DNA from: a virus
Length of the DNA: 64,000 nucleotides
Reading direction: 5' to 3' (one strand)
Virus record (IMG/VR): IMGVR_UViG_3300034759_000344
Coordinates: 32,187-96,186 of that record
Shown here piece by piece: positions 37,086 to 46,500 of the stretch (positions are counted from its first letter, which is position 1; each line of letters starts with the position of its first letter). The notes beneath the pieces are model-generated. The model made no database searches. It worked only from the letters and a program-made list of their open reading frames with translations, and had not been told where the DNA came from. Made by a program: the position numbers and the translations under genes.

Positions 37086-38366
37086 TCAGTTAAGTTCGAT
37101 AATGCCAGCATTAACATCCACAATAGAACCACCGTTGATGATAACCGCACCTGCATTGATGTACAGAGTACCTCCTACAAGCTTTATTGATGCTCCACTG
37201 GTTTTCAGTTCCAGGTAATCTCCCCGCATGTACACCTGAGTTCCCGTCTTATTGATGGCCGTAATGGTGTCTTGTTTCATAAATATCTGACTTCCGGTGT
37301 GGTTTTTGGCTTGAATGGTATCATCTTCAATCCTTACATAGTCGCTAGTATCCCCTTCCGAGGATTTGAGAAGTATCTTTCTGGGCAGTATCTCTAATCT
37401 GCTTTTGGCTTTGTCGTTGTTTACTTCCACCTGAATCAAATCCTCGCCAAGTATTACACTTTCCGACTTTTTCTTCTTACCTTCTTTTACTCTAGTTAAA
37501 GCCAAATAATCTGCCCGAAGCTGTATCTGATCAGTTAGTTTCTGATAACTGCTATTCCCTGCTCCTCCGTTGTTGTGGTAATCAAGGAGCAATCCGTCGT
37601 CTTGAAACTGCAGGGACATAGCTTCAGTTACCTGATAGTCCTCTACCTGACTTGTTTCTTCTGAAGTTTCTTTAGCCTGCTGGTCACTGCTCTCCTCCTG
37701 AGATTCTTCTTTAGTTTTTTCCAGCTTCTCTTTTACTAACAGCAGTTTAGAATCGGGAGCTATCTTGAAGGTTAAAGCATTTTGGGGCTCGTCATCAGCA
37801 TCCACATGTTGGAGTTTAACGTAGTAGCGTTTTTGTTGTACAGCCGCTCCTTCTTCATCTTTGCTATACTTCTCAACTCTTTTGGCACTCTGTGGAAAAT
37901 ACGTAGGGAAAGTGTCTATGTTTTCTTGAGGTGGAGAAGTAGGATCTACTGCAGTTTCCTCACTGCTTAAGTACTGGTCAAAGACATCCTTAAGCTTCTT
38001 AGAGTACAAAGGATCTTCAGCCCAGGCTCCGGTGTTAGGTTCTGTAGTACTTTGTATTTCTTGGAAGAATTTTTCAGGGTTGTTACGAACTTCCCAAGCA
38101 GTTATGTGGTGCTTCTTTAGGTTGTAAATGTAAGATTCTACAGCCTCCCATTGATCAGAAAACAAGGCGTAGCCTTCAGAATCTACACCTGCTGGTCCGG
38201 TAAAGCGCATACCCCAAAGATTGAACGGGTTGCGCTCCATAGTACTCCCCCAGCCGGTTTCCAGGGCTGCTTGAGTTACAATGATTCTCCAGTCTATTCC
38301 GTATTTAGCTTCAGCTACTTGGGCATAAGGCTTTAAGTAGTTTATAAAATCCTGCTGACTGCTCAT
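37086..38366 (-). CDS. Tail-associated GH73 lysin fused to gp5-like beta-helix spike C-terminus
   Basis: QAALETGWG, NLWGM, WAEDPLY; C-terminal beta-repeats ending IIELN. Confidence 0.8.
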   Translation of the reverse strand: MSSQQDFINYLKPYAQVAEAKYGIDWRIIVTQAALETGWGSTMERNPFNLWGMRFTGPAGVDSEGYALFSDQWEAVESYIYNLKKHHITAWEVRNNPEKFFQEIQSTTEPNTGAWAEDPLYSKKLKDVFDQYLSSEETAVDPTSPPQENIDTFPTYFPQSAKRVEKYSKDEEGAAVQQKRYYVKLQHVDADDEPQNALTFKIAPDSKLLLVKEKLEKTKEESQEESSDQQAKETSEETSQVEDYQVTEAMSLQFQDDGLLLDYHNNGGAGNSSYQKLTDQIQLRADYLALTRVKEGKKKKSESVILGEDLIQVEVNNDKAKSRLEILPRKILLKSSEGDTSDYVRIEDDTIQAKNHTGSQIFMKQDTITAINKTGTQVYMRGDYLELKTSGASIKLVGGTLYINAGAVIINGGSIVDVNAGIIELN

Positions 38367-38380
38367 GATTCACCTCCAAG

Positions 38381-39712
38381 TTAGAGGCACGCGACTTCAG
38401 TCGTGTGAGATATAGAATAGTTTGTTTTTGTCTTGCTATATTGCCAACCATCGGCTGTTTGAATCAGCTTGCAGTACTTATAACTTATTCCCTGACATAC
38501 CCTTTTGCCATTTTTATCCTTAATGTCGAAAAATCCGCTTGCTCTCACTGCTACCATACCCATCCAGATACCAGCGTACTTTCCTCGTGGTACAATAGCT
38601 TTAACTATATCTCCAGTTTGGAAACCAAAGTGTTTCTTACATCTTTGCCTATGCCCACGTGGGAAACCAAACTTATCTGTATTACACATCTGCCTTGTTC
38701 CACGACCAACTGCACGCCATATTTGCACATAACTTTGTGTTATACGTATCTCGCTCGGTGTACTCTCACCAACACAACATGCATCGAAATAGTGCTCTTT
38801 GGGAAACCCCAGACGAATGCGATTTGCCTTTGTTAGCGCTCCTGTTCCGTATTCAACTGGTATTCCAAAACCGCTTAATGATTTGCGCAGATATGAGCGT
38901 ATCGAGTTCATGAATGCTGCTTGCTTGTATGTTTGTCTAGCCTGCTCTTGAACATGTGGGTATCCAAACTCAACAGCTGTTTTGTTGCCCTTCTTTTGGT
39001 TACACTCGTGGCAAGCAAGTGTTAGATTTGATACTCTATCTGTGCCACCTCTTGACCTTGGTACGATGTGGTCGATTTCCAGTGGTACGTCACTTCTACC
39101 ACAGTACGCACACTTTCGTCCCCACTTTTCCAAAAGATATTCCCTTACCTCGTAGCCAAAAAGCGTGCCTCGTTGGTATTCGATACCAGAAATCTCTGGA
39201 TTTTGCAACTTTTGAGTATCAAACTTTGCATCTTCGATGGATATTGCACTTATTGGCAACAGCTTTGTCAGTTTCCTTACCGCATTTATAAGCTGGTCTA
39301 CTCTTGCTTTGAGCGATGGTGGCAGCCACCCTTCAGGCCGTCTGCGATTTAGAAACCTAGGCTTTTGATATCTAGTCTTTCTGTTTCTTCTACTTCGACG
39401 AACAGCACGCCTGGCATCAAGTTTTTGCTTTATGTCTGTCTTGTGGTGTATCTCGCAAAGAAAAACTGTTTCTGCTACATCGCCGTCTTCTCGCAAAACT
39501 GCTACTCCTGTAGTTTTTGCGCCAGGGTCAAGTTTTAGCCTTAATGGTTGCAACTGACTTTGCTGTACTGTTCTGTCTTTTAGACGTATAGTGAACGGAT
39601 GCATTTTGTGGACTACTGCCCTGTCACGACTTAGTAACTGTCTTGCGCGCTTTTCTGAACACGGCATCAGAGGCTTTTTGTTTTTGTCCAACACAAACAC
39701 CATGTGTCTCAC
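38381..39712 (-). CDS. iscB: IscB RNA-guided endonuclease
   Basis: PLMP, RuvC-I LDPG, bridge helix RRAVRRSRRNRK, RuvC-II E, HNH DHIVPRSRGG..N...CHECN, RuvC-III HYFDA. Confidence 0.95.
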   Translation of the reverse strand: MRHMVFVLDKNKKPLMPCSEKRARQLLSRDRAVVHKMHPFTIRLKDRTVQQSQLQPLRLKLDPGAKTTGVAVLREDGDVAETVFLCEIHHKTDIKQKLDARRAVRRSRRNRKTRYQKPRFLNRRRPEGWLPPSLKARVDQLINAVRKLTKLLPISAISIEDAKFDTQKLQNPEISGIEYQRGTLFGYEVREYLLEKWGRKCAYCGRSDVPLEIDHIVPRSRGGTDRVSNLTLACHECNQKKGNKTAVEFGYPHVQEQARQTYKQAAFMNSIRSYLRKSLSGFGIPVEYGTGALTKANRIRLGFPKEHYFDACCVGESTPSEIRITQSYVQIWRAVGRGTRQMCNTDKFGFPRGHRQRCKKHFGFQTGDIVKAIVPRGKYAGIWMGMVAVRASGFFDIKDKNGKRVCQGISYKYCKLIQTADGWQYSKTKTNYSISHTTEVACL

Positions 39713-39719
39713 TCCTTGA

Positions 39720-39998
39720 AAATGCCCTTACGGGCCTTATGACGTGCTAAAGCGGACTCACTTTAGCACTCTCCTCGCCAATGTTGGTAGCCGGCGCGTG
39801 TGCTGGTCCGTTTCGCCCACACCCCAAAGGTTGTCTGCAACCAGCACTTCCAGGGTCCGGGACTGGAGAAGCATCCCGGAGTGGGTCTTGAGCCTACTAC
39901 CAACGTAGCACCTTCGTCCCCTTGTCCTTTGGGTCCGGTGCTTAGGCTGGTCAACCAGGGCTTTTACAAGCCCTCGACTTCAGTCGGGGGTAGTTGAC
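39720..39998 (-). ncRNA. IscB omegaRNA (HEARO-type) scaffold; guide is the flank 39999-40014
   Basis: GTCAAC...GTTGACCAGCCTAAG...CTACGTT...GGATGCTTCTCCAGTCC...AACATTGGCGAGGAGA. Confidence 0.85.
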
Positions 39999-40770
39999 TA
40001 TCTCCTTCCGACTGCTGTGTAGAGGAACCTTCTTCTTGAGCTTCTTCCTGCTTTTCTTGGAATCTAATATGCTTTTCAGAAAGCATAATGCCGTCGGGGT
40101 CTTCAAACCCTCCAGGAAGGGTATCCATAACTTTAACTGAAGCGGTAGACGGCAAACTGCCGAAAGCCGCTCCCAGTACTGAACCTAAGATCCCTCCTCC
40201 ACCGCTGAATCCGGCTAAAAGGTCCCCGATGGTGCTTCCTCCTAAAAGGTTTCCAAACATGCCTTTAAAAGGAGCGGGAAGCAGTTTATTTAAAGCACTT
40301 CCAATAAAGTACTTAACTACATCTTTCACTATCTGGTCCGGGCTGGTGTTTTTGAGGTACTGAACGATTCCCATGAAAGTTCCAAAGTATCCAGCAGCTT
40401 CAGAAAGCACGCTTTTTACATTGGAAGGAAAGAAAGAGGTAAAGAAGGCAATGCAGTTGTTCAGGTTGAGCTTTCCATTTTCAATTATGGAAGCTAAATT
40501 GCGGAAAAACGAAAGCCCTTTAGCTACGGAAGCTAAAGACCCTCCCGTTAATTCATTCAGCACTCCTAAAGCGCTGTCAAATTTGTTGAGCAGGTCCTGA
40601 AATCCGTTAATGGTTGGATTGTCGAATATCCCTTCCAAACCGTTGTATACGGTATCTATCTTGTTGTAGATGTCCAGAATTTTGTTTTTAGCTTCTTCAG
40701 GACCCAATTCTACAGCCAGCTGTAAAATGTCTTCAACGTCTATTTTGATGCGCTGTCTAGTTTCTGCCAT
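39964..40770 (-). CDS. Helical Gly-rich protein of the spike region; C-terminus altered by the IscB insertion
   Basis: 268 aa; last ~11 codons come from the element. Confidence 0.6.
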   Translation of the reverse strand: MAETRQRIKIDVEDILQLAVELGPEEAKNKILDIYNKIDTVYNGLEGIFDNPTINGFQDLLNKFDSALGVLNELTGGSLASVAKGLSFFRNLASIIENGKLNLNNCIAFFTSFFPSNVKSVLSEAAGYFGTFMGIVQYLKNTSPDQIVKDVVKYFIGSALNKLLPAPFKGMFGNLLGGSTIGDLLAGFSGGGGILGSVLGAAFGSLPSTASVKVMDTLPGGFEDPDGIMLSEKHIRFQEKQEEAQEEGSSTQQSEGDSQLPPTEVEGL

Positions 40771-40778
40771 GGCAATCC

Positions 40779-41801
40779 CTACCTATTAGGGTTATCGACA
40801 ACGGTACCGCAGTTGGAACAAGTCCAAGTATCCTTATAGGGACAGCCGTCTACTGGAGAGCCACAATTCGGACAGGTCGCCCATCCTGCACCGCAAACGC
40901 AAGATGAAGCAGGATCCTCAGGACTGATGTCTATAGCCCCACAGCAGCATCCCCCGTCGTTGTAATCTTCTTCAGTATCCGGGTCTCCGCTCAAGATTTT
41001 CTGTACCTGCTTATCGGCTAAAACCTTGTCTACGGCTTCTTCCATGGTGAGCTCTCCCGATTGGACCTGATTAACTATATCTTTAACGGTATCCAGATCG
41101 AGAATTTGAGCAGCTTCTTTCATTTCTTCTGCTTTCTCTTTAGCTTTAACTACAGAATCTATTAATCCTTTGGCATCGCTTACGGGATCCTCACGTCCTA
41201 TTTTTATGAAGAAGCCTCCCAGCTCGCTGCTGTTTTTACCTAAGGGAAAAGAAGCTTCAATTTCTCCCAAGTGGTTTACTTTAAACCATACTCCAGAAGG
41301 AAATACAGCAATGTAGCGCTCTTTTTCAGCAAGTACATAGTTTTCCGTAGGACCTTGCTCGTCTTCAGGATCCTCGCTGGCTCCGCTGATGTTTAGGGCT
41401 CGGAATAAAGGATGCAGGCATCCCAGTACTACCGGTGAAGAATAGTTGCCTCTTAAAAATCCAACTACTACGTAGTCTCCTACATTGGGAAGCATACTTA
41501 TTCCATATCCAAAAAGAGGAGACTTTAAGTGCTTTCCGTACTCGGTGCTTTCTGAAAACCAGTTTTCTGTAGGTACTGCACCGGCTAGGGGAGTGAGCAC
41601 TGGTACCTTGATGCCCAACTGCCCTTTTCCTGCGCTGTCAAAAGAGGTGGTGCCGGATACATCGTAAGTATCTAGATAAACCACGTCTACACACATGTCT
41701 AGTGGATAAACTTTAACTACACGAGCCAGAAGTAGGGAGTTTATCTTGGTTTGTTCAGTTCTCTTTACACCTGAAGTTACTCCATCATCGTAAAAAGACA
41801 T
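40779..41801 (-). CDS. Baseplate spike N-terminal (gp5/gpV OB-fold) protein with C-terminal Cys-rich Zn ribbon
   Basis: LARVVKVY...VDV, LPNVGDYVVVGF...PVVLG; C-terminal CCC, CVC, CPNC, CSNC. Confidence 0.72.
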   Translation of the reverse strand: MSFYDDGVTSGVKRTEQTKINSLLLARVVKVYPLDMCVDVVYLDTYDVSGTTSFDSAGKGQLGIKVPVLTPLAGAVPTENWFSESTEYGKHLKSPLFGYGISMLPNVGDYVVVGFLRGNYSSPVVLGCLHPLFRALNISGASEDPEDEQGPTENYVLAEKERYIAVFPSGVWFKVNHLGEIEASFPLGKNSSELGGFFIKIGREDPVSDAKGLIDSVVKAKEKAEEMKEAAQILDLDTVKDIVNQVQSGELTMEEAVDKVLADKQVQKILSGDPDTEEDYNDGGCCCGAIDISPEDPASSCVCGAGWATCPNCGSPVDGCPYKDTWTCSNCGTVVDNPNR

Positions 41802-41816
41802 GGTTACCTTCCTTCC

Positions 41817-43550
41817 TTAATCAGGTACTTCTACTCCTCTACCCAGCTTAATAGTAGTGAAGAAGTGGGAAAAGTTTACAAATTCGTGGATTACGGACTC
41901 TACATAGAATATAAAGCGGCGGTTTCCTGCCAGGAGAGCTCCATCTTTGTTGTACACATCATAAGGATTGTAGTAAAGAACGTCTCCCGGCTTTATCTGA
42001 GGGTTGCCTCTTACGGTTACTGTTCCTATCAGAAATTCATTGCATTTTACAAACCACTGCTTCAAAACATTGGTCAGGGGAACAGCTATCGCCTGGGAGG
42101 TGTTATATATGGCTTTTTCTATGGCTTCAGGTTTATCCAGCCTCTGATTGTTAACAATAGCTGAGGTGCTTTGCTCTTCGCTTTTAGATTCCTCTTGATT
42201 GGGCAAGGCTATAATCTGAATGTAGTCGTACTGTTTAATCAAGGGGTTCAGTCCGTGTCTTCGGATATGGTCCAGATCGCAAACCGGTTCTTGAATGTGC
42301 AGAAGGTGCATACCTATAGCCCCTTGAGTTTGGGCATCTACAAAAAATAGATTGTAAGGTACCTCGTTGTTGAATCCCAGGCTTTCCTGAACTACTTCTT
42401 CATCATATACTTCGTGGATGTTGTTTTTAGTAAGTGATGAAAATACCGGACTGCTGCCTAAAAGAGTACCAAATTCTGGTTTAAGCAGAGCGTCTCCACC
42501 GCTTCCGGTAACTACCGGATAATTAGGGTCGCAGTTAAAAGGGGCTGGACGTACTAAAATGTTGCAGTAAGGATTTACTTCCAGATATATAGATCCTCCG
42601 CTGAAAGAGGCATAAATTTTGGGGTAAGTGATGATGATCTCGTTAAAAGGCTTCTGGAGAACCTGATGCACAAACTGGGAACCAGAACCGATAAAGTTGT
42701 AGTACTGAAGGCCGTAGATGGGCAGGGATTTGCCTCCTAAAGAGAAGGACTGCGAGTTATTGTCGATGATAAACATCTCTCCCAAAGCCCTTCCTTTGAG
42801 TTTTACTAGCCCTTCCTCAGCATTGGGACTGCCTGCAACTGCGTACATAAAGTCCGGACAGAAGATTTCCTGTATGTAAGTGCGAATTACCTCGTGTACT
42901 TCAACAGCTACTGCTTGGTCTCCCAACTTGAAAAGCAGCTCGTTAATCCCTACATAGGCACTGATTACTCCTCTATCTCGAAGCTGCTGGAGAGCTCCAA
43001 TGGAAGTGGTATTTGAGTACATGTAGTGGTTGTTAAAAAGTCCAGTTATGTCCAAACCAGAAATGATGAGCTTGCGGTCAGCGGCAGGATTTTCTACATC
43101 TCCCTGCATTACGGTTTGCTTGGTAATGTTGTTGACAATGCCTACCATGGTAACTGTGTATTCGTAGGGGTCCAAAGAATAAGGGTAAAGGTAATGCTCG
43201 CGGCGCATTCCGATGATTACTATATCCCCAACGTATACCTTCTCTTCCCAAGACAAACCGTACTCGTCTTGACTGTTTACTATTTCTAACTGGAAGGAAT
43301 TAATACCAAATCCGTTAACTTCTTGGTGCACTACCGCTCTAATAACGCTGCTGTCAATACGGGTAGTTTTAGACAAAGAGTTAGCATAATCCAGTTCATG
43401 AAGAGTGGCGGTAGTGGCAAAAGTGTAGTAAATCTTTCTGCGCAGTTGGTTTCCCGAAGCAGTATTGAATACTGGAAGAAAGATGGCTATCATGCTGGGG
43501 GTATCGTATACAGCTCTTGGAAACTGACTGTTGAGCTCTATCGTACGCAT
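41817..43550 (-). CDS. Baseplate hub/tail protein
   Basis: ISGLD, KPFNE, GTVTVRGNPQIKPGD, FYVESVIHEF, LGRG; follows the TMP. Confidence 0.75.
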   Translation of the reverse strand: MRTIELNSQFPRAVYDTPSMIAIFLPVFNTASGNQLRRKIYYTFATTATLHELDYANSLSKTTRIDSSVIRAVVHQEVNGFGINSFQLEIVNSQDEYGLSWEEKVYVGDIVIIGMRREHYLYPYSLDPYEYTVTMVGIVNNITKQTVMQGDVENPAADRKLIISGLDITGLFNNHYMYSNTTSIGALQQLRDRGVISAYVGINELLFKLGDQAVAVEVHEVIRTYIQEIFCPDFMYAVAGSPNAEEGLVKLKGRALGEMFIIDNNSQSFSLGGKSLPIYGLQYYNFIGSGSQFVHQVLQKPFNEIIITYPKIYASFSGGSIYLEVNPYCNILVRPAPFNCDPNYPVVTGSGGDALLKPEFGTLLGSSPVFSSLTKNNIHEVYDEEVVQESLGFNNEVPYNLFFVDAQTQGAIGMHLLHIQEPVCDLDHIRRHGLNPLIKQYDYIQIIALPNQEESKSEEQSTSAIVNNQRLDKPEAIEKAIYNTSQAIAVPLTNVLKQWFVKCNEFLIGTVTVRGNPQIKPGDVLYYNPYDVYNKDGALLAGNRRFIFYVESVIHEFVNFSHFFTTIKLGRGVEVPD

Positions 43551-43552
43551 TT

Positions 43553-46500
43553 TTACCTACCCTCGATGGATGAGGTGGTGATTTTCAACTTCTCAAAGAA
43601 GTCCTGCAGTACACTACTAGTGGCTTCCGCTACCCTACCGGGTATCTCAGCATTAGTACCTTCTATGTTTTGAGTTATGTTGATGTTGAAATTGAAAGTT
43701 CGGTTGTCGCTTACCGGAATGGGAAGATTGGTGAGAGCTGCTCCTATGGGAACAGTAGCTGGGGTCTCTTTCATAGCTGGAAGCCTAACCACACCGTATC
43801 CGGGTTGAGCAACCGCTTGAGGCATTTGAGGAGCAATTAGGTGGTACTCCTGCTCTTCTACCATTCTCCAGGGTGTAGGAGCTGGAATGGTTTTTCTCCC
43901 TTTTGCACCAGCTTCAGCTTCTTCTTGAGTTCCGAGCAGCTTATTGAGTTCAACTGGATTAAGAGAGAGGTTGCCGGCATTTCTCACTACTTCAGCTGCT
44001 TGATTTAGTCCGGAAACAAGATCTTTACCTTCCCTGATTTTGGAAAGCCTGTCGTAAACGATCAAAGCTAAATCTAAAGCCTGAATTTCATTTATATTGG
44101 GTTTTTCAGCAAAGGCCTGATGCAGTGCTTTGATAGCATTTATTACATTTTCTGGGAGATTTAAGGTCATATAAGTGCCTCTAAGATTCATCAATCCGTT
44201 TTCATTAAGCAGTCGGTTCAGCTCTTCAGGATTCATTCCCGATAGAAGTGCCTGCTGCAGGTCGTTCAGTACTTCTGCATTTCCTTCGTTGACTGCATTC
44301 GGTAAACTTACAGCTAAACCAGCAAATATGCTGGTTACGCTTTGCTTCCATCTTACTTTCTCTATTTCGGATCGGTACTTGCGTTTTTCCTCTTCGCTAA
44401 ATTGAGCATAACCTACCCCTACTTTTGCATAAGTGGACTGCAGTTCTTTGTAGGTTTGAAGGATTTCTTGAGTTCTTTCAGTAACTTGCTTGCGGTAGTA
44501 GTCGTAAGTAGCCTGACCGATGTCTATACCCATTTGATTTATTTTTCTGAACTGCTCTATTCTGGCTAGAGCCATTTCTTCGAATGCTGTAAGCCTGGTT
44601 TGCTTCAGCTTGTTATAGTATTTAGGAGCAAAAATAGCTGACAGGTACTCCCAGAACTTATTGGGGTTGATTTGCTGTTCTACCCTGCGTGTTTGTTCCT
44701 GGAACTGTATGTACTGCTTTACCAACTGTTCCTGATAGGTAGCTGGCTGCTGGCTTCTTTCCATCGTGGAAATGGTAGAAGCTAGGTTACTGCGGTATTC
44801 TTTGTAAAGGGCAATGTTTTCTTCTAACTGGTCTCCTAAATTGCGGAGGTAGGTGCGGAGCGCCTGAAACCCGGTTATAACACCGGTAACAATGGCTCCC
44901 AGTACCCCTATAGACATACCTCCAATAAGCGGCATGCCCTGCATAAATGGAAGGTAAGTTTGCAGGGGAGTTTTCAAGAACCTTACTGCTCCACGCCATA
45001 TGGAAGCCAGCCCTACTCCGCCTTCAGCTAACGCTTTTTGAATTTCTTTTATTCTAGCTAAATCTCCAGCTTTGCGGGCAAGTTCCAACTCACCTTTTAA
45101 CCTGAGCTGGTTTACCTCACGCCTCAGCAGTGTGTAAGCAAAGTTTCCGATTACCCAACCTGCTCCCTCTCCCACCATGTTCTGCAGTACAGAAGCCATC
45201 ATCATTCCGGTGCCCATAGCTCCTGAGGTAGCGAAACCTCGGAACAACTGCCCCATACCCTGAATACCTATCAAAGGATTGAAGGTAGCCATTCCGTAAG
45301 CCAGGTTACCTAACCCTCCAAATATCTGCGGGAAGCCTCCCATAGCAGATACAATGGGGAGGATTATTTTATCTAGTGAAGACATTAGGGCTCCCTGACG
45401 CTCGGCCAGGGCTTCCATGAACCTTTCGCCACCGGACTTACCAGCTTCAGCAAATATGGTTTCTATTCTTCTGCGGACAGCAGCCTCTTGAGAAGTATTT
45501 ACTTCTTTTTGAGCATCGATAAGTTCATCGTAAAGATTAAGCAATTCAGTAGCTTTATCTATGGTTATTCCAAAGACCTGACTGAGGTATATGGCAGAAG
45601 TTCCTCTTTGAGCCGGACCAAACTGCTTGGTAAGGAAGCGCAGAGTTTCTTCGAGCAGATTTATGTTCTGGTTCCCTACCCGTATTTGACTGATGAATCC
45701 TCCAACATCTATTTGGCGCTGAATGGCTGCTAAGGTAGCCACATCCAGGGATATTCCTCTTTGGGACAAAACGGCAGCTACTAAAGGATGCATTATGCCT
45801 CCGCGTCCGGAACGCAGCTGTTCGCTCATGGAAAGCAGAGTCTGCATGCCGTAGATGCCTCGGGTACCGGCTCCCACAGTTGGAGCTGCCATAGCACTAA
45901 ATACTGTGGCGTAGCGGGAGAGAAGTTCTGGAGATATGCCGCCTCCTGCACCTTCCATAACATATTTGGAGAAAGTCTCCATAGAAGCCAGGATTTCTTT
46001 AGTACCTATAGCACGGCGCAGGTCTTTGCGGGCTAATACGTTTCCTAAAACGTTGAATATTCCTTCCCAGCTTCCTGGTGAGGTAAACAAACGCTGAATG
46101 GTAGCAAACTGTTCAGTTACCTCAGATTCCATACCTACAAATCCGGTGCCTCTTGCCAGCTGATAAAGAGGAGCTATCTGCCCTCTCAAGAGGGTGGAGA
46201 GGCCCATGCCTCCGGTACCGGCAATATCGGTAAAGGCGGTTAGTGCCTGAGAAGCTCCTTCAATGTTGATGCGAAAGTCTCTTAATACATTCTGCATCTC
46301 CCTCTGGAATACCCGGTAGAACATTCCTCCGCCACCGGGTTGAGTGTAGTAACCGAGTCTGCCTCCCATTCTGGTTTCCAGGGGGAACAGCTGGTTGATA
46401 AACTGATCAATACCTTCGGTTACTAAGCGCTCCGGCTCTATACCTACACGGGAGATTATTCCTCCGAAGGCACCGGTTACCGCTCGCGAGGCTCTGGTTA

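Larger units (their letters stand above)
38374..39998 (-). mobile_element. Complete non-autonomous IscB (OMEGA) element
   Basis: 5' end GTCAACTACCCCCGACTGAAGTCGAGGG; 3' hairpin CACACGACTGAAGTCGCGTG; followed by GTGA. Confidence 0.88.

Noticed and set aside
38381-39712. Cas9 or a simple HNH homing endonuclease
   Set aside because: 443 aa with a PLMP domain and an upstream omegaRNA, and no array: IscB
39763-39997. Small ORFs on both strands
   Set aside because: They lie within the omegaRNA scaffold
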